From contig NC_086108.1 of assembly GCF_963921235.1 (NCBI RefSeq), forward strand, positions 100,938,001 through 101,002,000: 64,000 nucleotides of DNA, read 5' to 3'. The translations under genes were made by a program, and so were the position numbers. Source of the DNA: Mobula hypostoma. Taxonomy: Eukaryota. This document shows positions 1 to 12,288 of the stretch, piece by piece. Positions within the stretch are counted from its first letter, which is position 1; every line of letters starts with the position of its first letter. A model generated the notes under the pieces. It worked only from the letters and a program-made list of their open reading frames with translations, was not told the origin of the DNA and did no database searches.

Positions 1-700
1 CTCATCACAGTATCCATCGCCTCTTTCATTTCCCCACACAGTTTAGCGCCCAACACTGATATATGAATAATGCAATGAAATGCCAAGAGTGCTGGGTTAA
101 CAGTGGCGAACCTGCTTACTAAGCCCTTGTGTTGTCCCACCATCGACGGAGCCCCATTGGTGACAACGGACACAATTTTGCTCACATACAAGCCATTCTT
201 CTCAAAGAGCTGTGTCAATTCATTAAAAATTATTTCCCCAGTTGTGCGCCCAAGCAGAGGAAGCAAACAAAGTAGCTCTTCCCGGAAGGTCTTCCCATCA
301 AAAAATCTTGCGAACATGGATAGCTCTTCCATATCGGTTCAGTCACAGGATGAGTCTATGGCTAGTGATACGGCTTCTCCTTTCTCCAAACTAGTGAGTA
401 GATTGGATAAACACTCCTCCGCTAAAACTTCTACTCTTCTTGTTGCCGTGTTAGCTGACAATGTCTTTAATAACTCCACAACCGTTTTCTCATCATGACT
501 TAAAACTTTGCCAACCATATCAATTGCACACGTTTTAATCAACTCAGCCTCAGCGAATGGCTTCTTAGCTCTGGCAAGATTCCATGACACATGCAATGAT
601 GCAGCTGTTGCGCTCTCTTGTGCGGATGTTGACTTACAGATAGTAGAATTGGAGTGCTTGTAAGATGTTATCACATTTGCAATTTTTGCAGTTCACCAGC
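1..700 (-). pseudogene. hAT (Charlie/Spin/Buster-like) transposase remnant, truncated by window edge
   Basis: Minus frame reads KPFAEAELIK...SLAIDSSCD*TDMEELSMFARF...VVTNGAPSMVG...AFHCIIH, matching the hAT motifs SLAxDES, TDGAPxM and HCxxH; one in-frame TGA at 339-341. Confidence 0.88.
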
Positions 701-959
701 AACTTTTATGGGTGTTGCTTGAAATTCCAGCATCTGCAGATTTCCTCGTGTTTGCGATATTATGGGAGTTTTAACTAAAAAAACAAGTTAGGCCTCACCC
801 TACCTTTTTACACGTGGGGCTCAGACATAACTACAATACTGAGTCAAAGGAAGGGATTGGACAAGTACAGGAGAATGAGTATACAGGAGTTAAAACATTG
901 GCTCAAAAAATACAGCTCAAACAGGATGTCTAGATTGCAAATTGCTTGGCTCAACATTA

Positions 960-2040
960 GGTGTTTGACAGGGAAAAAATGAGACTGGGTGGAAATAGTA
1001 CAGATGATATGCAATTGAGACTTAGATCATACATAATATAGAACAGTACAGCACACTACAGGCCCTTCAGCCCATGATGCTGTGCTGTCTTTTAAACCTA
1101 TTCCAAGATCAAACTCTTCCCCTCCTAAATAGCCCTTCATTTTTCTATTAATCATGAGTTACAGTTTCTTAAATGCTCCGATTGCATCCATCTCTACTAC
1201 CACTTCTGGCAGTGTGCTCCACACACCCATCACTCAATATAATAAAAAACAACTTATTTCTGGCATCTCTCCATAATTTCCTCCAATCACCTTAAAAGTC
1301 TCTTTCTATCCACTCTATCTATGCCCCGTATCATGTATACCTCTATCAAATCAGCTCTCATCCTCCTTTGCTCCAAAGAGGGAAGTCTTAGCTCACTCAA
1401 CCTGTCCTCATATGTTATCTAGTCCAGGCAAATGAGAACCTCTGCTCCATCCGCCAAAAGCAGAACTTCCTGGTGGCCAAACATTAATTTCAATTCCCAT
1501 TCCAACATATTGGTCCATGGCGTCTCATGCCATCCTCAGGGATGAGGAGCAACACCTTGTATTTCATTTAGGAAGCCTCCCAAACTGATGGCAAGAATAT
1601 CAATATCTCCTTCTGGTAAAAAATATGTTTCCCTCCTTTTTTCCCCACACTGGCCTCTTACTTCTTCTCAACTGGCCACCACCTCTCCCTGGTGCTCCTT
1701 TTCCTTCCTTTTCTCCTATGGTCCACTCTCCTCTCCCATCAGATTCCTTCCTCATTAGCCCTTTCCAACCCACCTGGCTTCATCTATCACCTTCCAGCTA
1801 TTCTTCTTCCCCTCCCCCCACCTTATTAGTCTGTCATCTTAACCCTTCTTTTCCAGTCCTAAAGAAGATTCACAGACCAAAACGTTGACTGTTTATTCAT
1901 TTCCATAGATGCTGCCTGACCTGCTGAGTTCCTCCAGTATTTTGTATGTGTTGCTTTGTATTTCCAGCATCTGCAGAATTTCTTGTTTGTGATATCTTGA
2001 TAAATCTCCTCCGCAACCTCTCTAAAGCTTCCACATCCTT
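960..2040 (-). mobile_element. CR1 LINE 3' fragment, split by a Penelope insertion at ~1432-1991
   Basis: CR1 3' UTR/tail and RT C-terminal remnants; host resumes across ...CCAGGCAA / ATATCTTGATAAATCTCC. Confidence 0.65.
1432..1991 (+). mobile_element. Penelope-like element 3' fragment (GIY-YIG C-terminus plus pLTR)
   Basis: Degenerate EEQHLVFHLGSL...NINIS* followed by pyrimidine-rich pLTR, decayed hammerhead motif at 1854-1891 and GATGCTGCCTGACCTGCTGAGTTCCTCCAG tail. Confidence 0.8.
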
Positions 2041-2809
2041 AGAAGTATTTAGCGGAAGGAGAATGTGGCTCACTTAAGACAGGATGGACTGACATTAGAA
2101 AAGCAGTGAAAAATCTGACAGATGGTGAAGACGTGAAAGTAGACACAACCTGTGCCACAGAAAACAATTACTTCTTCTGCTGGTAGGTAGATAAGGAAGC
2201 AGCATAGGCAGTTAATATAGATAAGACTTTGAATGTGATTGTGGTGCGGAAATTAGAAAAGCTCCTGATACAGATATACTGCTCCAATTGACACAAGTAA
2301 TAGGGTTTTACATCACAGATAAGGCATGTGCAAGTACCTTGTGGTTGACTACCAACAGCTGCAGGAACCGAGGAAGACAAAGTGGAATCATACACAACCA
2401 CAACTATGAAGGATCTCATTTGTGCTGTATTGGAACCATTTCCAAGTTTGGCCAGGCAAAAATGCAAATGAAGCCAAACAAAAATTAGCATTGATATTGT
2501 GGAAGCGAGTGGGCGCAGATGAGCCACCAGTCAACTGTTTTGAAGGGATGAATGGACAATAGCAGAGTTAGATTTTTAATTAAATAATGACTAAATTTAA
2601 ACAAAAGCAAAGAACATTTGTATGGAAGCCAGAAAGGAAAACTAGGAAGTAGTCATTTCACTTGTAAAGGAGCTAAGAGAGTCGTCTCATGTGCAAAAAC
2701 TCAGATGGGGCATGCAAGAAAAATTCTGCTTCACGACCAAGGTAAGGGAAGGTAATGCTACTATGTGGTTCATTTGGATTTGGGAATACAAGGGAATCAC
2801 TTCGGCTCT

Positions 2810-3510
2810 AAACACAAGAAATTTTGCAGATTATGGAAATCCAGAACACACACACAAAATGCTGGAGGAACCAGGTCAGGCAGCATCTAGGAAGAGGAAT
2901 AAAGAGCCAATGTATTGAGCTGAGAGCCTTTATTAGGACGGGAAAGGAAGGAGGAAGAAGTTAGAATAAGGTGGGTGAGGGGAAGGAATACAATCAAAAG
3001 TGGTCCCCAACCACCGGGCCGCAAGCATGTGCTACCGGGCCGCGAGGAAACGATATGAACTGATATGAGTCAGCTGCAGCTTTGCTCATTCCCTGTCACG
3101 CCCACTGTTGACCTTGAACGCACGCCAGGTCCGCAAGAATATTGTCAATATTAAACCAGTCCATGGTACGCAAAAGGTTGGGGACCCCTGAGTGAAATCA
3201 AGTGAGGGTGAAGTTAGAAGGGTGGAGATGAAGTGAGAAGCTGGGAGATGATGGATGAAAATGATTGAAGGAGGAAGAATCAAATAGAGGAGAGTGAATC
3301 ATGGGAGAAAAAAAGAGCATCACAGAGGGAGGTGGTAGGCAGGTAAACAGAAGGGGCAAGTATGAGAAATGGAAAAAGAGGAGAGGAAACAGGGAAAAAT
3401 TACTGGAAATCAGAGAAATTGATATTCATGCTATCAGATTGGAGGCTACCCAGACAGAATATGAAGTGTGGTTCCTCAGATCTGTAAGTAGCCTGATGGT
3501 AATAGAGGAG
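2810..3510 (-). mobile_element. Penelope-like element 3' fragment
   Basis: Minus strand EEPHFIFCLGSLQSDSMNINFSDFQ* (~3400-3480) plus pLTR homologous to the 1432-1991 copy. Confidence 0.8.
2998..3190. mobile_element. hAT-type MITE inserted in the Penelope copy
   Basis: Terminal inverted repeats AAGTGGTCCCCAACC ... GGTTGGGGACCCCTG; no clean 8-bp TSD visible. Confidence 0.75.
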
Positions 3511-4479
3511 GTCACATTGGCCTCTTTCTCTATCTAAGATGGTTTGGGCATTATAGGTCAGGTTTCCAAGCATCCTTCAATTACTGGCTATGCATCATTC
3601 ACTTGCTTGGTTATGAGCTGTAAAACTAGGCAGCTAGCTCTGAATATTTAATTAGCAGAAGTTCAAATTGCTACCCCTTCCCCTCCTGCATCATCCATTT
3701 TTGAAACCAAACCATTTGTTCTTTTGATTTGTTCATATTCTGCAAAAGATGACTATGTTATCACTGGAAGAAAAAAAAAGAATGTCTCTGATGATAGGGA
3801 AAGGCAACAGGGCTGCTAATGCCGAGGAAGATGCTATATTTCTGAAAATTCCTTGAAATCTCCATGATAGCCATCGATTATGGCCAATTTCAAAACAAAG
3901 GAGATATCTCTGACTTGCAAATATTTTGTACATTTCATGCTGAATACAAAGCAGAGTTAAAAACATTACAGAATTTGAGACATGTGCAAGTACTTTGACA
4001 AATAGAAGCATTAGACCCCTTGCCTTCTCAACAAAACATCACTTCAAATCATTTTTCTCCACATTAAGCTTTCCGCCTTCACCAATTTATCCAAAATGAG
4101 AACTGTTGCATGCCATTCTTGTATCTACCAACTAGCCTGAACCTGTTTACTGTTATGAAAGGCTTCAAATAAACCTGCAGATTAAATTTTTCAAATCTTG
4201 CTTTTGGTTCCTCTTATTCACTGCCTTGAAAGGCGAATTCTCAAGATTGTCTAGTCTTTTTACAAAAATGATTACTGTAGCAGAGGATTTCAAACTTTTC
4301 ATCTTGCAGCTTAAAAGCTAAAAGTTACCTTTCGGTTTTTCTTGTCTTAACTGAGTTGTGTACAATGTGAAGACAGATTAGCTTCAGTATTCAAGTTATG
4401 CATTACTGCTGTGATGACAGTTTGAATTATTGTTCATGCACTGCAAAATTCCAGCCAAACAGAAATTTTCTTCTAACTT

Positions 4480-4543
4480 CAGTGCTGTGCAAGTCTCAGG
4501 CACATATAGCAGCTGGAGTGTCTAAGACTTTTGCACAGTACTG
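4480..4543. mobile_element. Tc1/mariner-type mini-MITE (~64 bp)
   Basis: CAGTGCTGTGCAAGTCTCAGGCAC ... GTGTCTAAGACTTTTGCACAGTACTG, followed by TA. Confidence 0.75.
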
Positions 4544-4669
4544 TAACTTTGATTTACTGCTTGCAGTTTACATTAACTGAAGACTGGTTCTTGTTTGAAT
4601 TAATACCCGCTATATTCACACAACTCTAGAATATCAAGCTCACCAGGGAGCAAACCTCATTGCCATTTA

Positions 4670-4737
4670 CAATACTGTGCAAAACTCTTTAGGCACCTTA
4701 GTGATATAAAGGTGCTTAACACTTCTGCACAGTACTG
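4670..4737. mobile_element. Tc1/mariner-type mini-MITE (~68 bp), same family as 4480-4543
   Basis: TA-CAATACTGTGCAAAA...GGCAC / GTGCTTAACACTTCTGCACAGTACTG-TA. Confidence 0.75.
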
Positions 4738-4863
4738 TACATTAATTGGAGACAGATATCCATAATAAATTTACTGCTCATCTCCAATAGTTCTCACAAA
4801 AGACGGTCCACGGAATAGTACAAGAACAAGCTACTTGGCTCATAATATCTATGCCAACTTAAA

Positions 4864-4988
4864 CTGATGAAGGGTCTCAGCCTGTTATGTTAACTGTTTA
4901 CTCTTTTCCACTGATGCTGCCTGGCTCCTCCAGCATTTTTTGTGTTGCTTGGATTTCCAAAATTTGCAGATTTTCTCTCGTTTGTGAT
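4864..4988 (+). mobile_element. Penelope pLTR tail fragment
   Basis: CTGATGAAGGGTCTCAGCCT... then GATGCTGCCTGG...CTCCAGCATTTTTTGTGTTGC. Confidence 0.7.
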
Positions 4989-4994
4989 TAAACT

Positions 4995-6240
4995 AATTCC
5001 ACTTGCCTGTAAATGGTCCATTCATGCCCATCATGTGTCTCTTAAACAATACTATTCTATAGGCTTCCACCACTTCCCCTCAGAACAAGTTCCATGCACC
5101 AACGTCTAAAAAAAACTTGCCTTGCAAGCATGTTTTGAAAGTTTGTCCTCTTCTTAAATCTATGTCCTCTAAGATTTGACCCTTGGGAAATAGACAAACT
5201 ACCCTATTTATACCTCCCAATTTTAAATACTTCTGTTGGATCACCACCTCAGCTTCTGCAAGAGAAAACAATCCAAGTTTTTCAACTTTTCCTTTCAGCT
5301 AATACACTCTGGACTATATCCAAAGCCTTACATCCTTTTTGTAATACAGCAAGCAGAACTGGACACAATACTTCAAATGTAGTCTAAACAAAGTTTTCCA
5401 AATTTTATACTCCATTTCCTAACCAATTAAGTATGCTATCATCTTCTTTACCACCATATCTACTCATGCTGCCATTTTCAGGGAGCTATGGACTCTCTGC
5501 ACACCAAAGCCCCTCAGGATCCTGTCATTTACTGTGCACTTTCCCCTTACGTTTGACCTCCCAAAGTGAAACACCATCTGCCATTTCTCCACTTGTATTT
5601 GCAACAGATACATCTTGCTATATCCTTTGACAACTTTCCTCACTACACACAACTCCACCAATCTGTGCGTCTTTCCAAATTTACTCATCGACCCACCTAC
5701 ATTTACACTCCACTCATTTATATAATCAGAGGTCCCAGCAGATGAACATCGCTGTCGCAGGCCTCCAAGCAGAATAACACTTCTTCATCAATACTTGCAT
5801 GGACAAGTCAATTTCAAATCTCATTTACCAAGTAGTCTCCATGGATTCTATGTGCCTCAACCTTCTGGATCAACCAGTCATGAGGGATCTTGTTAAGTGC
5901 TTTATTGAAGTCAATGTAGACAACATCCACCGTCTTAAATGTGATCATTTTTACTACTTCCTCAGCAAAGCTTTATCTTGTTTGTAAGACATGACCTCCC
6001 CTACACAACTATGTGCTGATTATGTCTAATAAATCCATGTTTTTCCTCAGATATGATTAGACCCCATCTATAAGAATTTTCTCCAATAGTTTCCCTATAA
6101 TGCAAGGCTCACAGGCTATAATCTTCAGGTTTGTCTCTTCTGTCCTTCTTAAAGTAACAACACTGGCTCTTCTCCAGTCTTCTTGGATCCCACCTGTAGC
6201 TAAAGAGGATACAAGTATCTGTCAAGGCCCTGGCAACATA
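4995..6240 (-). mobile_element. Heavily decayed CR1 ORF2/3' fragments
   Basis: Reverse-strand remnants of YCVQFW, KFADD-like and VDVVYxDF motifs with many indels. Confidence 0.6.
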
Positions 6241-6540
6241 ATCAGTGACCCCACCAATTCCAGACATTCTCTTCTCCACCTTTCATTGGGCAGAAGATAC
6301 AGAAGCCCCAAAGCACGTACCACGAGGCTCAAAAAAGACAGCTTCTATCCTATTGTTGAATGCAAGCCTAGCCCAACCTCAATCTATCTTGCTATGGCCT
6401 TCCAATTTACTTTCTGCCTGCACTGCAATCTTTCTATAACTAACAATTTATTCTGTATTATTTTGTTTTTCTTTGTACTACCTCAATGCATTACTGTAGT
6501 GAAATAATTGGTATGGATGGCACGCGAAGTTTTCTGCTTC
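6240..6540 (+). mobile_element. Rex1/Babar-like LINE 3' fragment
   Basis: NIISDPTNSRHSLL...SLGRRYRSPKARTTRLKKDSFYP C-terminal motif. Confidence 0.65.
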
Positions 6541-7154
6541 TCTCAATAACTTGGGAAAGGTTCTACTGTAAACTGTGGATTTATCCACTCAGTGTTTTTC
6601 AAATAACTGAACACCTTGATATCAGGGTCCGTCAGTCTTATCAGTCTGGGAGGAAGAAAACTGATCTCAAATCTCTGCTGTCTTGTGATTACACCCACTC
6701 ATGGGGAAAACTTTGGGAGTAAATCCCGAGGAAAAAATCTGGAGCTGAAGTCCCAAAGGCTGTCTTACATTGAGTTCAATGCTGCTTGGCAACTCTCCTG
6801 CGACACTGTTGATACCAAATTGTATCTGTCTTTTGCGTGAAGAGGGGGAGCCTGCTGCACGAGTAATAGCTTGCTCTCCAATTGGCAATGTCCTGATTTG
6901 CATATCAATGTATACAGCTATGGTTGACTCTGAACAAACAAATCTCAATAGTCTTTGTCTATGTAGGGTGTTTTGTAAAATTCTATTTCATTTCATTTTT
7001 CCTGTAAATGTCTGCAAGAAAATGAGTCGAGATAGTAGGTGGTAACATATACATATTAATAAATTTACTTTGAACTTTGATCAAGATGCCCTGGAAAATC
7101 AACATACCCCCTCCTGATCGCACTATCCCCATGTTCTTCTCCATGCAAAGTTTT

Positions 7155-7395
7155 TTATTATTTAGAGATATATCACAGTAGCAAGCCTTTCTGGCCCAAC
7201 AGGGCTGTGTTGCCCAATTACACCCATGTGACCAACCCATTAACATGCAAGTCTTTGGACTGGTATGAGAAAACTGCAGCACCTGGAGGAAATCCATGCA
7301 GTCATGGAGAGAACATACAAACTCTTTACAGATAGTGGCGAAATTGAATACGGGACGCTGACATTCTAATAGTGTTACGCTAACCGCTACACTAC
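7155..7395 (-). mobile_element. tRNA-derived V-SINE (HE1-like)
   Basis: Minus strand head GTAGTGTAGCGGTTAGCGTAACAC, V-domain GAGTTTGTATGTTCTCTCCATGACTGCATGG, AATAA tail. Confidence 0.75.
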
Positions 7396-8043
7396 TGTTT
7401 TAGTTAATGCCTTAATATCACTGAGTAAATTGTCAGCTGATTTCAGAGGGTAGCAGAGAATTAAAATACATTGTTTTGGCTTCCAAAGCAGATACCATCT
7501 AACTGGGGTAAAGCCAGTAAATTATATTCCTAAAACACCAGAGAATCAAAGGCGTTTTCAATGACAAAGCTGTTAATATTAATTAAATACAAAACTAGCA
7601 ATTGTAAGGATTAAAGTAAATCAACACTGATATCTGGATTATTATTAGCCTAGTTACTTAACCACGTTAGACAGCTGGCCCAGTAAATTAACCACAATGC
7701 TATTGCTTCTTCATATGATAACTATTTCTAGTACTACGCAACACCAAATTAAAATAATGCTCAGAACATAAATTGAATATAACAGTGCAGATCTTGTGAA
7801 AAAATGCTCATGATCTAATCTACACCATATGTAAAGACAAGTGAATAACTTCCAACTGTAGACCCCAGCAAAATCCAGCGTGCACTAGGACTGAGACCAG
7901 GCCAGTTACTGGATTTACTTTTTTTGGAATTAAAATTTCTTTTTTAAAAAAATGCTTCCTTTCTTCTGTGCCATCCTTTCACTGACAAAGTAAATTTGTC
8001 AAGAGGCTCAGGTTAAGTTGTGGATCACTTGGGTCAATCAGAT

Positions 8044-8592
8044 GTTCATCATCATAGCTTGTCACAGCAGACAGTCAGCCACTCTAGTGTTGTTTGGTTG
8101 ATGTTGAGCAGGTCAGTGTCAGTTAAATCAGGTGAGAGTGGGCAGTTGCGCAGAACGTGTTCAATATTCTGCACCCTTTCGCCACACTCACAGGATTCGC
8201 TGGTCTTTAAACCCCACTTCACCATATTGTCTCCTGTCTTACAAACTCCTGCTCTCGCTCTGTTGAGAGTGCACCACTTCCGTCTGTCAAGCAGTGTCCT
8301 GTCTGGCAACATTTCTGTGGGGTCTTGCACTGTAGTGTTTGGTGGGGTTCTGGCTTCTGTTTGTCGCCAGACGCCAATCCTGTACGTTTGGGGGGATGTT
8401 CCGGGCGGTAGTTCCTCCACTGTAGCAAAGCCTTTCCTCGATTTTAGACGGTTGGAAACTGGCACATGATGATGTAGTGGGTGCTGTGGATCCGAGTTCT
8501 GTTTACCTTTTTCAATTTTTGTTGTAGTGTGTTTTCAGATCTCTGGGGGAGCAATGCCTGCAAGTCTATAAATGATGTTACTGGATGTGCAG
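8044..8592 (-). mobile_element. Vingi/Ingi-like non-LTR retrotransposon 3' fragment
   Basis: YRLAGIAPPEI*...KQNSDPQHPLH...RLKSRK...WCTLNRARAGV...KWG...CECG...EHVLRNCP (CCHC knuckle), then (TGA)n tail. Confidence 0.75.
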
Positions 8593-10364
8593 GTGTTAAA
8601 TAGAATACTTTCAGAAATGTCTACTGATTTTATTCATTTAATCTCTATTGTAGCATGAACTCGTGGAAGGTTTAAAAAAACCACAAGTTTTACTAGTCCT
8701 ATTATCAGAAAATATTAAATCTTTTGTGAACGTATTTGATTGCACCATAGATAAAGCAATTCAGGAAATATAAAGAGCTACATTAACACTTTCCTTTCAC
8801 ACAGTCAGAGAAAACAAGGCAGGAGATCTCTCTGTGAACTCCAGGAACCAACTGCTGTTTAAAACAGACCACAATGAATCTCACACCTAGACTTAAATTT
8901 CAGGAATTCTAGTCAAGACAAAGGGGAAGCTGTTGATATGTGGCTCGTTACTGATGGGTTCTAGTGCAAGTGAGGCTCCTTTGCCAACTCTGCAGCTATC
9001 ATATATTAACTGCACCAGGAGCAGCATACGTTAATTAGAAGCCTTAAACTTGAGGAAAGATCTTACTACAACTTTAATCACTAGTGAGTGGAGCAGTAAC
9101 TTCAGTCTGCCAAACTTCTGAGACGTTTAATTAATAAGCAAACCAATTATCTGTAGTACCAGGTGCAGGAGTGCTCTTCTCAGTTCAGACTTACCATCAG
9201 CATGTTGTAAACTTACCCACAGTAAATGGCTCACAATTCAATTCTTGATGGAAATAGGTTCCCTATGCAACAATTAGTACCTTGCCTTGACTAATTAGAT
9301 GAGCCCTATTCTGGGCATCGGTTTGGACTCACATAGTACCGAATAAAAGTCCCAAAGACCATCTTCTATCTATCGGGTTAATTGATAAAAAAAAATTTCC
9401 ATTACTGGAAATAGAAGCATACAACATATTTTTCTGTTACATTTACCTACATTTTAACATTAGTGAACATTGACAGTACATGTTCAGATACTGTAGTCAG
9501 GTATTAATCTTGGTGCAATTGAACTCTCCCCCCCCCCCCCCAGTGTGTCATTCATACACAATGGCATCTTTAAAATGTACAACGCTTATTTTTTAAAAAC
9601 TGTCAGAGTCCAGAACAATAATGTGTTATGCAAGAGGAACAAATGGCAGGTCAGCCAGGAGACACAAAGTCAGGGGTCCCAACTGGCACATTGTTGAGTT
9701 GTTGTTTTCAAAGCTGCTGTGTATATTTGCTACACCATTGTTGAAGTCTTGAAGTGTTTCATAGAGACCTTCAAAATCAGGTGTAACACAGATAATGTTG
9801 GAAGCTCTGCTTAGATAATGAAGTTGCACCTCAAAGTAGGATGGGACCTCTCACATCAAGACTCAATTCGCAAAGCATAATATAGGGTGCCCCGCACATA
9901 CAATGAAAACATGTCTCACTAAAAATTAACACTCTGACCCACCCTTAACATTTACCTCCATGACAGCTTTTACGTTCCAATACATGGGCTACCTTGGAGA
10001 GTTCTTTAGGACCTAACCCATTCCCACATCTAAAAAAGAAGCAGTTGCCATAAAGAACTGACAAATCATATTTTACTGCAGTAATCAAGATAACAGCATA
10101 AAACCAGCATAATAGATCTTATTGATTTTGTTTGTTTAGGACTCCAATTGGGCATTAGCAATAAACGCAACATCCATTCACCACCCCAAGTTATGGATGA
10201 AATCACGATCTTCACGAAGGAAAATCTGAAGCTTTCTTCAATGTTTCACAGAGAATCAGAGAAGCATTCTTTGTAATACAAGTGAATAAAATCTAGAAGG
10301 GCTTTCCCCACATCCCTCTTTACAAAAGGGCTTACTAGGTTTCATCAGTACAGTAGTCCCACTT

Positions 10365-10748
10365 TTATATAGGTGGAGGGACGGGTAGTGTTGAAGAAGC
10401 AGGGAGTCTACAAAAGGACTAAGGTAAATTAGAAGAATGGGCAAAGAAGTGACAGATGGAATACAGTGACGGGAAATGTATTGTCATGCACTTTGGTAAA
10501 AGGAAGAAAGGCATAGAATATTTTCTAAATGGGGAGAAAATTCAGAAATCAGAGATGCAAAGGGACTTGGAAGCCCTCATGCAGGATTCCCCAAAGCAGA
10601 GGTTCCCAACCTGGGGTCCATAGGCTCCACGGTTAATGGTAGGGATCTGTAGCATAAAAAACGTTGGCAACCCTTGCTCTAAAGGTTATGCCATAAATGC
10701 AATTGCACAACAGACTCAATGGGTTGAATGGCCTAATTCTGCTCCTAG
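10365..10748 (+). mobile_element. CR1 fragment with internal deletion
   Basis: IGG..GSVEEAGSLQK...VMHFG...YFLNGEKIQKSEMQRDL remnants joined to a CR1 3' UTR. Confidence 0.7.
10597..10676. mobile_element. 80-bp hAT (Charlie-type) MITE
   Basis: TIRs CAGAGGTTCCCAAC / GTTGGCAACCCTTG; imperfect 8-bp TSD CCCCAAAG / CTCTAAAG. Confidence 0.75.
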
Positions 10749-11805
10749 TCATAGTCATACTTTATTGATCCCGGGGGAAATTGGTTTTCGTTACAGTCGC
10801 ACCATAAATAATTAAATAGTAATGACACCATAAATAGTTAAATAGTAATATGTAAATTATGCCAGGAAATAAGTCCAGGACTAGCCTATTGGCTCAGGGT
10901 GTCTGACCCTCCAAGGGAGGAGTTGTAAAGTTTGATGGCCACTGGCAGGAATGACTTCCTATGACACTCTGTGCTGCATCTCGGTGGAATGAGTCTCTGG
11001 CTGAATGTACTCCTGTGCCCACCCAGTACATTATGTAGTGGATGGGAGACATTGTCCAAGATGGCATGCAACTTAGACAGCATCCTCTTTTCAGACACAA
11101 CCTTGAGACAGTCCAGTTCCATCCCCACAACATCACTGGCCTTACGAATGAGTTTGTTGATTCTGTTGGTGTCTGCTACCCTCAGCCTGCTGCCCCAGCA
11201 CACAACAGCAAACATGATAGCATTGGCCACCACAGACTCGTAGAACATCCTCAGCATCATCCGGCAGATGTTAAAGGACCTCAGTCTCCTCAGGAAATAG
11301 AGACGGCTCTGACCCTTCTTGTAGACAGCCTCAGTGTTCTTTGACCAGTCCAGTTTATTGTCAATTCGTATCCCCAGGTATCTGTAATCCTCTACCTTGT
11401 CCACACTGACCCCCTGGATGGAAACAGGGGTCACCTGTACCTTAGCTCTCCTCAGGTCTACCACCAGCTCCTTAGTCTTTTTCACATTAAGCTGCAGATA
11501 ATTCTGCTCACACCATGTGACAAAGTTTCCTACCGTAGCCCTGTACTCAGCCTCATCTCCCTTGCTGATGCATCCAACTATGGTAGAGTCATCCGAAAAC
11601 TTCTGAAGATGACAAGACTCTGTGCAGTAGTTGAAGTCCGAGGTGTAAATGGTGGAAAGGGATACAAGACAGTCCCCTGTGGAGTCCCAGTGCTGCTGAT
11701 CACTCTGTCGCACACATAGTGTTGCAAGCATACATACTGTGGTCTGCCAGTCAGGTAATCAAGAATCCATGACACCAGGAAAGCATCCACCTGCATCGCT
11801 GTCAG
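10748..11805 (-). mobile_element. Rex1/Babar-like LINE, 5'-truncated (RT C-terminal half)
   Basis: ORF 10886-11731: LQKFSDDSTIVGCI, LQLNVKKTKELVVD, SRLYFLRRLRSF, HPLH, SFLPVAIKLYN; AATAAA plus (ACTATG)n tail; frameshift upstream near GTPQG. Confidence 0.9.
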
Positions 11806-12039
11806 CTATGTCTTATAGAAATCAGCAGGTCAGGCAACATTTCTCAAGTTAAAGGTATACTTGATGTATCAGATCAAGACCCTGCATCAGGACTGACAGT
11901 GCAAAGGGGAGAGAGGCAGCAGAAAGAGGTGAAGCAAGAACTGACAAGTGATAAGTGCATACAGGTGATTAGACGTTGATGAGCAGATGAATCAGATGGG
12001 GAGGGAGGGCTGGAAATAGCAATGGCTGAGCAGACGTCA

Positions 12040-12089
12040 TAACTCTGCGATAGATGGTCCCAAGCCCAGCTGCAAAAGGAGGGTTCGGC
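12040..12089 (+). ncRNA. Twister ribozyme motif (P1 type, partly decayed)
   Basis: U^AA site, P2 CTCT/AAAG, GC...GC and CCC...GGG pseudoknot partners, loop TCCCAAGC, P4 TGG/CCA, all in canonical order and spacing. Confidence 0.75.
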
Positions 12090-12288
12090 ATGGAGCTAGC
12101 AACACCATACTGTAAAAAAAAACCCAGAGGTACAGAAACACCAGCAGTTCCAAAGACCTCATCCCTAGAGAGGATGACCAAGAAGATGGGCTACACCTGA
12201 GGCAACGTGAAAGAACAGCCCAGCACAGAAGACTCTGGTGAGCTGCTGTCAGCAGCCGATGCCTCCACAGAGGTGATGAGTTCAAGAA
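12041..12288 (+). mobile_element. Non-autonomous bipartite RTE derivative with a twister-ribozyme-like 5' end
   Basis: 5' AACTCTGC...GGTCCCAAGCCC...GGAGGG; 3' remnant of RTE C-terminus (MGYT*G...AQHRRLW*AAV); (AAG)n tail; GAGCAGA duplicated at 12028-12034 and 12289-12295. Confidence 0.8.

Noticed and set aside
1..700. Domesticated hAT gene (GTF2IRD2/ZBED5-like)
   Set aside because: In-frame stop beside the first catalytic motif, DG changed to NG in the second, and no intact upstream frame
2440..2465. KFGQAK resembling endophilin-B exon 2 (EKLGQAEK)
   Set aside because: Wrong strand, no FTEE or TELDAH context, no splice sites; exon 2 was not found in 1-13535
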